From an uncultured Nitrososphaerales archaeon (lineage in GTDB: Archaea > Thermoproteota > Nitrososphaeria > Nitrososphaerales > Gagatemarchaeaceae), in the NCBI GenBank assembly GCA_963706445.1, contig OY970160.1, forward strand, positions 768,001 to 832,000: a stretch of 64,000 nucleotides of DNA, given 5' to 3'. A program made the translations under genes and the position numbers. Positions within the stretch are counted from its first letter, which is position 1; each line of letters begins with the position of its first letter. Shown in pieces: positions 17,850 through 25,751 of the stretch. The notes under the pieces are model-generated. The model was not told the DNA's origin. It ran no database searches and saw only the letters and a program-made list of their open reading frames with translations.

Positions 17850-19376
17850 CTATCGCATATCGGGGGGCAGCTCTCCTGCCTCCAAGTCATCCTCTGTTAT
17901 TCCTCGGCACTTGGCATATGCCGCCCTATAGCCACGGAGTAGGTCACGGCTTTCTCCGAGGACGTATTCCAAAGTATCCAATCGATTCGAGTCAATCAGC
18001 GAGCTGTTCTTGTATCGTCCAGTGTTCTTATCGTAGCCCATGGCTTCGTTTGCTGCATCCCAATCCCGTTTTTGCTTGAGGTACACATCTAGGGCTTTCA
18101 GATAGGCTGCTTCCGCTTCGGCGCACGGATCCGGTGCGGCCGGATTCGGAGGCGGGGGTTCGAGGGGGGGAGCAGTCTTTGGAGCCGCCGCCGGAGGGGG
18201 GATAGGCACCGCGGGAGTAGGGGGTGCAGCTGGGGTCGGAATGCCTGGCGGCTCTTCTGGCGGTGCAGTCGCCGCTATCTCAGCCTCCAGCTTCTCCATG
18301 AACGTGTCTTCTTCCAACGGCGGTTGACCAGGAAGATACTCCGGCTCCAACCCTAGGTCATCTCCTGGGGGCTTTCCTGACAGCGGAGGTGGACCAGGAG
18401 GCTTGGGCGGGGGGTTAGCCGCTCCCTCCTTCTCGTCGTCCTCATCCCCTCCAGAGAAATACCAGTACAGGAATATTGCAGCGCCGATACCCACAAACGC
18501 AACCAAGAGCTCCCAGGCCAAGGCACCATTAGTGGTCGTGCCGCTGCTTGCTGTTGAACTACTGGAGCTCGAAGATGGGCTCGTCGTCGTATTACTGCTA
18601 GGAGAAGTGGTCGATACTACAGATGTCGTCGTGTTCGTAGCTTGACTGACCGTGATATTGGCGATGGGAGAAGTGACTGTCATAGGCAGACTGGCGTTGT
18701 CGGTCACCTGGAGCTCGAAATGCCAGATCCCTGCAGTGGAAAGATTGCCTGTTGGAACTGTCGGTGGGGGTGTAGCTGTGCAAGCGAAGGGGTTCCCCAT
18801 GACCACAAAGGCGTTGAGTTCGGGAGCCCACACAAGCCACTGGCATGCGTAGGGTGGTGTCCCTCCGCTGAACGGCGTCGTAGTGGTGAGGGTGACTGAC
18901 TGGCCGGCGTTGACCGTAGGCTGAGAGACGGAGATCACGGGAGCCACGAGGGCGGGGTTGACGATCGCCGTGGCGTTGGCCAAGGCGGTACCCAGAGAGC
19001 CCGCGTTCAACAGCGCGCAGAATGGAACAGTAGCTGGGGTTTGAGATGGCGTCAGCGGGGGGGTTGTGAAATTGTCTGACGGTCCAGACTGGAGTGGTGG
19101 TGTGGGGCACCCCGGCGTCCCGAAGCCGGAGGACCAGGTTATCGTATAGGGGAATCCTGATGGCACTCCGCTTACTTGGGCTCTGAAATGAGCGGACCAC
19201 CCGTAGTCGACCCTTTGATTGGGGACTGTGAGTGTGACACCACCCTGGGCGTGCGCTACCGGGGTGGCGACTGTGAAGACAAGGACCAGCAACGAACTGC
19301 CGAGAAGCAAACTAGAAACAAATGGCCCAAATCGGACGTCCGTTGGCCGCACGTTCACAATGCGACAGGACTGCAT
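17850..19376 (-). CDS. Single-pass surface protein: Ig-like domains, S/T linker, TM, Pro-rich tail (paralog of 35549)
   Basis: Signal peptide AHAQG, VNPALVAP..FSGGT..QWL repeat-like domain, TM, Pro-rich region, DPCA...C helical end. Confidence 0.75.
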   Translation of the reverse strand: MQSCRIVNVRPTDVRFGPFVSSLLLGSSLLVLVFTVATPVAHAQGGVTLTVPNQRVDYGWSAHFRAQVSGVPSGFPYTITWSSGFGTPGCPTPPLQSGPSDNFTTPPLTPSQTPATVPFCALLNAGSLGTALANATAIVNPALVAPVISVSQPTVNAGQSVTLTTTTPFSGGTPPYACQWLVWAPELNAFVVMGNPFACTATPPPTVPTGNLSTAGIWHFELQVTDNASLPMTVTSPIANITVSQATNTTTSVVSTTSPSSNTTTSPSSSSSSSTASSGTTTNGALAWELLVAFVGIGAAIFLYWYFSGGDEDDEKEGAANPPPKPPGPPPLSGKPPGDDLGLEPEYLPGQPPLEEDTFMEKLEAEIAATAPPEEPPGIPTPAAPPTPAVPIPPPAAAPKTAPPLEPPPPNPAAPDPCAEAEAAYLKALDVYLKQKRDWDAANEAMGYDKNTGRYKNSSLIDSNRLDTLEYVLGESRDLLRGYRAAYAKCRGITEDDLEAGELPPDMR

Positions 19377-19448
19377 TCGGTCGATATAGGCATCACCTAC
19401 AAGAACGACCGTGATGAGGGTTATGACGGGATCTTTGTGCGCTCGGTC

Positions 19449-19586
19449 GGGGGCGCCTACCTGAACTGACTATTCCCGGCCAGGGTGCACAACATGGCGG
19501 TCTCCTCGGCTCCGACAATGGCTTGTTTCAGCTTAAGAACAACGGACTAACCATCACGTTCAAGGAATCTGCTACCGAAACTGCAA
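19449..19586 (+). repeat. 40-bp att-like site, copy E, plus 98-bp extension shared with copy D
   Basis: GGGGGCGCCTACCTGAACTGACTATTCCCGGCCAGGGTGC, then sequence matching 12417-12514. Confidence 0.9.
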
Positions 19587-19608
19587 GACGAGGCATTCGC
19601 ACTTCATC

Positions 19609-20523
19609 CTATATTCTACTTGCAATTTCATTGAAAACTGCAGCCAAATCGGTACCCGCCGTTGTAACCGCCGCGATTATGACTACTGCAATAAGTCCCG
19701 CTACGAGGCCATACTCGATTTGTGTTACTAGTGGCGAAACAGTCGCAGACGCACTGTCGAGGAGGAAGTTATCGAAGCCGTTGCCACTCGCTGCATTCCC
19801 GATGAGTATGTTGCTGGAAGTGCTGATGAGGAAGAAGCCAACCCCGTTGTTGCTGTTCGCTCTGTTCCCGATGAGCGTGTTGCTGGACGAATAACCGAGG
19901 ACAAAGCCATCAAAGCTGTTGCTGTTCGCTGTGTTCCCGATGAGCGTGTTGCTGGAAGTGCTCACGAAGAGGAAGCCAGCCACGTTGTTGTCGCTCGCTG
20001 TGTTCCCGATTAGTGTGTTGCTGGAGGAGAGCACGAGGAAGAAGCCAACCTGGCCGTTACCATTCGCTGTGTTCCTGATGAGTACGCTGCTGGGAGAGCT
20101 GACGATGATGAAGCCGCCCCCATTACCATTCGCTGTATTCCCGATGAGTGTGTTGGAAGAGCTGCCGAGGCCAAAGCCGTCATAGAATCCCGTAACATTG
20201 CAGTTCATGACCGTGACTCTTGCTATCCCGGTAATCTCACTGATCCCTATGCTGTCAGCAGCGCCGGAGCCGCCTATGGTCTGCCCAGCGCAGTTGAGGG
20301 TTATACCATTAGCGCCTATGATGAGGCCGTTCCCTGGGCAGGGACCAATGCTGGCGTTCAGTGTAGTGCTGGTCGTAATTGTGGAGCCACACATTGGCGC
20401 CGGCGCAGCGTGGACAGGGACAGGCAAGAAAGCAAGGGTTGAACCAAGAATCATCGCGAGAAGCAAAATCGCATAGCGGGCCTTCCGAGTGCCCTTACCC
20501 ATTAGGGTTGCCGTGGCCTGCAC
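19609..20523 (-). CDS. Secreted right-handed beta-helix (NosD/CASH-like) protein with a C-terminal Flp-pilin-like segment
   Basis: 22-aa repeats SSSNTLIGNTANxNxxxGFxL; ends IEYGLVAGLIAVVIIAAVTTAGTDLAAVFNEIASRI. Confidence 0.75.
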   Translation of the reverse strand: MQATATLMGKGTRKARYAILLLAMILGSTLAFLPVPVHAAPAPMCGSTITTSTTLNASIGPCPGNGLIIGANGITLNCAGQTIGGSGAADSIGISEITGIARVTVMNCNVTGFYDGFGLGSSSNTLIGNTANGNGGGFIIVSSPSSVLIRNTANGNGQVGFFLVLSSSNTLIGNTASDNNVAGFLFVSTSSNTLIGNTANSNSFDGFVLGYSSSNTLIGNRANSNNGVGFFLISTSSNILIGNAASGNGFDNFLLDSASATVSPLVTQIEYGLVAGLIAVVIIAAVTTAGTDLAAVFNEIASRI

Positions 20524-20593
20524 TTGCTATATAAGCGGTTGTGGAGTGTTTGTTGCGATAATTTATTTTTTCGCGGTAATTCGTGAAAAGAGA

Positions 20594-20633
20594 GGTCTTT
20601 GGCCGGGATTTGTCATCCTAGGTAGGCGCCCCC
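20594..20633 (-). repeat. 40-bp att-like site, copy F (inverted)
   Basis: Reverse complement GGGGGCGCCTACCTAGGATGACAAATCCCGGCCAAAGACC. Confidence 0.85.
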
Positions 20634-20933
20634 TCTCGTAGGGCGGGACGGCCTGTCTGGTGTGAAGTGGTGTCTTTGTTCTGGTGGAATGTAGCACCTG
20701 CGGGCGCAGGTGCCTTGCCGACTCAATCCCGGGTGCGCCCTTATCTCCTTCAGGATGTCGTTGGACGGAACCATCTCTGACGTCCACTTTTCGACCACAT
20801 TGTGGTCGAAACTTCGAAATCCCTTCAATCCTAACACAATCCCGCTTCTATCCGATAAGTTGTCTGGCTCTATCCATAGTTTCCGACGCATAGACTGTGC
20901 TTCCGCAATAGCAAGGGTGCCTGTCGTCTAGCC

Positions 20934-22532
20934 ATGGGCGCTCCTTCCTACTCCACACTGGACTACCACGAAGAGACAAAACACTCCGAGCTCAGCGTGA
21001 GACTGTCGGCTCACTACCTTGACTGGGAGAACAAGCCCTCTCCATTCAAGACGTACAGGAACCTGCCCTCGGTCCCACTCCCCCGCGACATCCCCCGTCC
21101 GGGGCAGGGGTCTCAGGCGGCCATCAAAGGGGTCCTTTCAGCTACGGGGAAGGGGCGCGTCGACCTCCGAACTCTTGCAGAGGTACTGTTCTTCTCGGCC
21201 GGCCTGACGAGGAGGGTAGGGATCGGGAACCAAACGTATTACATGCGTGCCGCATCCGCCACGGGCGCCCTCTACCCAATCGAACTGTATGTGGTCAGCG
21301 GGGGTATCGAAGGATTGAGCGCGGGTGTCTATCATTTTGATCCTCTTGGCTTCGCCCTGGTCAAGCTGAGGGACGGCGACTACCGGTCGGAACTTGGTGC
21401 TGCCTGTGGTCGCGACTGCCTTTTCTCGCCCGTCACCATCGCACTGACGTCCTTGGCGTGGAGAAACGCATGGAAGTACCAAGCGAGGTCATACCGCCAC
21501 TGGTTCTGGGACGGGGGGGTCATCGCGGCCAACCTACTGGCGACGTGCTCTTCCGAGGGCCTGGCGACGAAGCTCTCGGTCGGTTTCGTAGACGCGGAGA
21601 TCGATAGGCTGTTGGGCCTACAAAGGGGCGAGGAGGCGAGCGTCGCTCTCGCTTCTGTCGGGATGGGACTCGCAAAGGTGCCTCAGCGAGCGACGAAAGG
21701 AGTCCTGGAGACCTCACCCGAAGCCGAGCCCACATCGAAAGGCGAGGTCGTTTACCCAGCGATATGGAGGGCGAACGAGGTCTCTTCACTGGCGGGCCTC
21801 GCCGAGGTAGAGAGTTGGAGGGAGGGCTCCAGACCTGCTCCCAGAGGCGAGGCCCACGACAGGGCCAAGTTCAGGCTGCGCCCATGGAACGAAGAGGGCC
21901 ATGGCGCCTCTCCTCTCTCGGAAGTGATCCTCCGCCGGGGATCGACCCGAAGGTTCGCCCGCAAGAGCATCTCCTTCGAGGCCCTCTCCACAATCATTGA
22001 CGCTTCGACGTCGGACATCCCCATCGATTTCCTCCCGCTCATCGACTTCTACATGATAGCGAACGATGTACAGGGCCTACCCCAGGGGTCGTACTTCTTC
22101 AACCGCGGCGCCGGTTCGCTGGAGCAGCTGAAGGCGGGCCACCTTAGGAGCATGTCCGCCTATCTCTGTCTGGAGCAACCGCTGTTCGGAGACGCGAGCG
22201 TTGTGTTCTTCCTGATGGCGGACCTCGGCCAGGTCGTCTCCTCTCTCGGCGACAGAGGCTACAGGGCGGCCCAGTTCGAAGCTGGAATAAGGGCGGGCAA
22301 GATCTACCTATCCTCCTATTCCGTTTTAATTGGGGCCTCGGGCTCGACCTTCTTCGACGACGCGGTCACAGAATTCTTCTCCCCGCACGCGAAAGGGAAG
22401 AGCGCGATGATCGCGGTGGGGGTGGGCGTCCCCGCATACAAGGCCCTACCCGGCACAATCCTGCCGCAGTTGCGAGTTGACCCGACCATTCCGCCGCACC
22501 CTGACGGCACTTCACCCCCTGGCCAGATCTAA
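20934..22532 (+). CDS. SagB/ThcOx-family dehydrogenase (tandem nitroreductase domains)
   Basis: YHEETKHS, RAASATGALYPIELY, WKYQARSYR, RRGSTRRF, RGYRAAQFEAG. Confidence 0.88.
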   Translation: MGAPSYSTLDYHEETKHSELSVRLSAHYLDWENKPSPFKTYRNLPSVPLPRDIPRPGQGSQAAIKGVLSATGKGRVDLRTLAEVLFFSAGLTRRVGIGNQTYYMRAASATGALYPIELYVVSGGIEGLSAGVYHFDPLGFALVKLRDGDYRSELGAACGRDCLFSPVTIALTSLAWRNAWKYQARSYRHWFWDGGVIAANLLATCSSEGLATKLSVGFVDAEIDRLLGLQRGEEASVALASVGMGLAKVPQRATKGVLETSPEAEPTSKGEVVYPAIWRANEVSSLAGLAEVESWREGSRPAPRGEAHDRAKFRLRPWNEEGHGASPLSEVILRRGSTRRFARKSISFEALSTIIDASTSDIPIDFLPLIDFYMIANDVQGLPQGSYFFNRGAGSLEQLKAGHLRSMSAYLCLEQPLFGDASVVFFLMADLGQVVSSLGDRGYRAAQFEAGIRAGKIYLSSYSVLIGASGSTFFDDAVTEFFSPHAKGKSAMIAVGVGVPAYKALPGTILPQLRVDPTIPPHPDGTSPPGQI

Positions 22533-23902
22533 TCGGGATCGGGCAAATCCAGGCTTGCGATGGCCATAACATTCCCCATCTGATTATGCGTAAGTGGCGT
22601 TCCCAACCACGGAGAGAGAGGAGCCTGATTGAAATTGAATGCACCAACTGTAATGTTGTTAGAAGCTCCTACTCTCGCATTTAGCGAAGGCAGGTTCCAG
22701 TTGTAGTCTATGAAGGAAAGAACAGACTCAAACGAATACGCCGTGTTGTCAATCCCAGCTCTTGCATAAGGCGAAACCAACAATGCAGACACCCTGAACC
22801 CAAGCTCTTCCAATCCGTTGGTCCCGCCCGGACTGATGTTTGGCAGAGTCGGGGGGACTATCGGGTCATAGAAACCTCCCCAGTCGTCAGTCATGATGAA
22901 GATGGCAGTGCTGCTCCAATCCGGGCCGTTCATTATTGCGTCGACTACTGACTGGACCCACTGCTCCCCAGCTTCGACGCTGTGCGGCGGGTGCTCACTG
23001 TCAAGCTCGTTCGGGATTACCCAGCTCACCGCAGGAAGGTTTCCGCTGCTTGCGTCCGTGATTATGTTCGTTCTTGGAACGAAATCAGACTTTAGTGTCG
23101 TGTACGTATCCGTCTTCTCCAGACTCGGATTCCAGTACGAGATGACGTAGCTGTCGCCACCAACTTCGATGGCCTGAGTTAGACTGTTGTATTTGATGGT
23201 ATTATCGTAGTACTTTACTGATATGCTCTTGCCTGACTGAAGGGCCTCCAGCATCGTTTCGATTTCGGACGCCTGTTCAATCAACTCGGCGGTCGAAGCA
23301 TTATTCGACAGTGTTTTCCCTACATTGGTTATGGCTATGGCAGGAGAGTTGCCCGAGATCGCGGCCCAGTGATTGGGGAGGGAGTAGCTCAGGTATGACG
23401 AGAAGAACTGGTCCATCAGAGTATAATGCTCGGCGAGCCCCCAATAGTAGCCGAGTACGTTGGCGTTGAAGTAGCTCATGACTTCTTGATTATCGTTGGC
23501 CACAAGGAACTGATTCATTGCACCGTTGTTGTACGCAGTGTCTGCCGAGGTTCCACTGTGGGAAAGGGGCCCGGTGTTGTCAGGATTATTCGTTTCATAC
23601 GGGCAGAGGGTCGTCCCGTTTTTGTACTTCTGGCAGGTCGCACTAGCAACCCCACCTTCGACCCCCGGATAGTCACCCCAGTAGTTGAAGAAGGTGTGAT
23701 TCTCCTGGATGATTATGACGACGTGGGTTATGGGCGTTTCAGTCCCAGAAGCTGACGACACCGGCAGGATAGACACGCCAGTTAAAACCATTGAGGCTAT
23801 CACGGCCAGCGCTACGACCTTCGTCAGCGTGGATATCGAAGAAAGCGTGAGGCGTCTCATCTGATCACTCGGGCCTCCGGAGTCCCTTGAGCATCCAGAC
23901 AT
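22529..23902 (-). CDS. Secreted phosphoesterase / phospholipase C-acid phosphatase family protein
   Basis: ITHVVIIIQENHTF, SLPNH, SEHPP, DDWGGFYD, GFRV; signal peptide. Confidence 0.88.
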   Translation of the reverse strand: MSGCSRDSGGPSDQMRRLTLSSISTLTKVVALAVIASMVLTGVSILPVSSASGTETPITHVVIIIQENHTFFNYWGDYPGVEGGVASATCQKYKNGTTLCPYETNNPDNTGPLSHSGTSADTAYNNGAMNQFLVANDNQEVMSYFNANVLGYYWGLAEHYTLMDQFFSSYLSYSLPNHWAAISGNSPAIAITNVGKTLSNNASTAELIEQASEIETMLEALQSGKSISVKYYDNTIKYNSLTQAIEVGGDSYVISYWNPSLEKTDTYTTLKSDFVPRTNIITDASSGNLPAVSWVIPNELDSEHPPHSVEAGEQWVQSVVDAIMNGPDWSSTAIFIMTDDWGGFYDPIVPPTLPNISPGGTNGLEELGFRVSALLVSPYARAGIDNTAYSFESVLSFIDYNWNLPSLNARVGASNNITVGAFNFNQAPLSPWLGTPLTHNQMGNVMAIASLDLPDPD

Positions 23903-24035
23903 ATAACGTCATTACGTGCCATTTAGCGGTTATTGAACATCTCCACGCGGGGGACGTAATTGAAGCACAGGGGAAGTGGTCGCCGCAGACCCACGGCTGG
24001 CACGACCAGATAATTGACGAAACCACAGACTTAGA

Positions 24036-24308
24036 GTGACAGGGTACGCAAAGTCTCCTTCAACATTCACTCCGCCGCTCAATTCAGGCAGTTTTATCGT
24101 GAGCAATACCGGCGTTTTGCCCCTCGCTGACTTCGCCCCGGTAAACTTTGGCAATACGTATACCAACGTAAAGGAGACGTGCATCGTGACAGCGGTTCTG
24201 GCCAACGGCACGACGGAACCCGTGATCTCTCTGGGAGCACTATCGGCTGAGCCTGGTTTCACTCTCGAAGAGAACAAGTCTGCACGACAGGCCATGGGTT
24301 TCGATTGA
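24036..24308 (+). pseudogene. Fragment resembling a G1/A4 glutamic peptidase C-terminal region
   Basis: LPLADFAPVNFGNTYT..ETC segment; no signal peptide or N-terminal half. Confidence 0.35.
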
Positions 24309-24380
24309 TGCATAACTCGCTGCGCCCTTCGAAGGCAGTCAGGTTTGCAGGCCCCGTGTCTGTAGCAGACAAAGTGCTCA

Positions 24381-24896
24381 TCATCTGATCCCCGTGTCGA
24401 TGTTGAAGTTGACGGTGTATGTGCCGGCGACGAAGGTCTCGTGCGCCGGAAAGACGTTGGAGCAGCCCATCCAGTTGCAATCGGGCATTGCGATGGTGAA
24501 GTTTCCAGAAGGCAATGATATACTGTAGGTACCGTTGGAACCAAGGATGGAAGTGTAGGCAATTACGTACTGCGGGCAGGCTCCATTCGGCATACAGTTC
24601 GGATATTTGTCGAATTCCAGCTGGTAGCCAGTGATGTTCACGTTGCATGATTGCCCTGCAGTGCACACGGGAGTCGCCGGCCCCACTGTTACAGTCCCTT
24701 GGACGAGCACGCCGCACTCAGTCTGACAAGTCTGGATGCCGGTGGATTGGGTCGTCGTTGAGGTAGTCAGGGTGCCTGAACCGGATGGGCTAGTCCCCCT
24801 CCGCGAAAGTGAGACGTAGCCTACCGCTCCCACAAGGATGACCACCACGATGGCGAAGGCCGCGGCCGCCGTCATGATTGCTCTTTTTCGGGACAT
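24381..24896 (-). CDS. Membrane-anchored Cys-rich beta-sandwich protein
   Basis: N-terminal TM, T-rich linker, GTVTVGPATPVC...GTYSISLPSGNF...DTGIR. Confidence 0.7.
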   Translation of the reverse strand: MSRKRAIMTAAAAFAIVVVILVGAVGYVSLSRRGTSPSGSGTLTTSTTTQSTGIQTCQTECGVLVQGTVTVGPATPVCTAGQSCNVNITGYQLEFDKYPNCMPNGACPQYVIAYTSILGSNGTYSISLPSGNFTIAMPDCNWMGCSNVFPAHETFVAGTYTVNFNIDTGIR

Positions 24897-25093
24897 TTTC
24901 TACGCCCTTACGGGTGGCCGAAGGCCTATAGTTCTATCTCCTAGAACACGAACCATATGTCCTTGCCAAGCGTCTGGCCCTGGTCGGGTCAGAATCATCT
25001 CGAGTCCCCCTTTCGGGGCTCGACTGCGTCCAGGTAGGGTTTGCCTAGCTTATATAGTGAAAAAGCGCTCTTCCCTTTCAGAGCCACTAGGCA

Positions 25094-25363
25094 ATGGACA
25101 CAATTCAGCGACACCGTCCGCAGCGGCTCGCGCCCAAGCCTAAGCAAGGAGTGAAGACAAGGGCAGCAGGAAACAGGCTCGGTGAAGCGGAGGTTGCGAA
25201 GGTCTGCTTCCATCCGGCCATCGTGGATCTGGTGTGTTCTACATGTGGCACCGAGTTCAACGATGTGGCGCTCTCAGAAGCCCTCAAAGGCTGGGAAACC
25301 AGAATCCCATGCTTACAGCCGGACCATCAGGTCCAGGCGCTCGACCAAAACAGGAATCGCTAG
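25094..25363 (+). CDS. Small Zn-ribbon protein whose 3' end runs into another repeat
   Basis: CFHP...CSTCG; TTATATA promoter at about 25050; after WETRI it reads into the 60-bp repeat shared with 28207-28270. Confidence 0.55.
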   Translation: MDTIQRHRPQRLAPKPKQGVKTRAAGNRLGEAEVAKVCFHPAIVDLVCSTCGTEFNDVALSEALKGWETRIPCLQPDHQVQALDQNRNR

Positions 25364-25364
25364 G
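25302..25364 (+). repeat. About 60-bp intergenic repeat (second copy at 28207-28270)
   Basis: GAATCCCA..ACAG.CGGACCATCAGGTC...CCAAAAC..GAATCGCT.AGG in both places. Confidence 0.75.
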
Positions 25365-25751
25365 TCGTTCTCCTGCGTGGGCGATGAAGAGCCAGAGACT
25401 CGCGTGGATGCAGAGGAGGCACTTGAAGGTCTTGTGGAAAGGCCGTTCAAATCTGTTATTTGATAAATCAAGGCGTTTTATGTGATGACATGCCATCAGA
25501 CGAACTGTGTGAGACATGCGGCAAAGGACTGCACAGGAGCTGCAACAGCCTACCCCACTTTTCGCACCTCAGCCTGTTGCACCCCACCGAATGAGCGCGA
25601 CCGAGACTTACTCCTGTTGCGACAGGAAGGAAGTCTGGACGCAAATCGCTCCGGGCTGGTTGGACTCGGTCATGTCAGATGCGGCGTGAAAAAGTTCGTC
25701 CAGTCATATCCAGATTCGTGGAAGGTGACAGCTGCCAACCGCAGAAGCAGC

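Noticed and set aside
20613-20891. ORF ending GGAYLG as an integrase remnant
   Set aside because: No R...HxxR...H/W...Y tyrosine recombinase or serine recombinase motifs are visible; only the last codons match the repeat.
20934-22532. RiPP (azole peptide) cluster around the SagB-like gene
   Set aside because: No YcaO, precursor peptide or transporter nearby; it appears to be a stand-alone gene.
24976-25023. Further copies of the att-like site (also 6361-6377, 9044-9057, 42923-42936, 49676-49690)
   Set aside because: Too short or degenerate to separate from chance in GC-rich DNA without a profile score.
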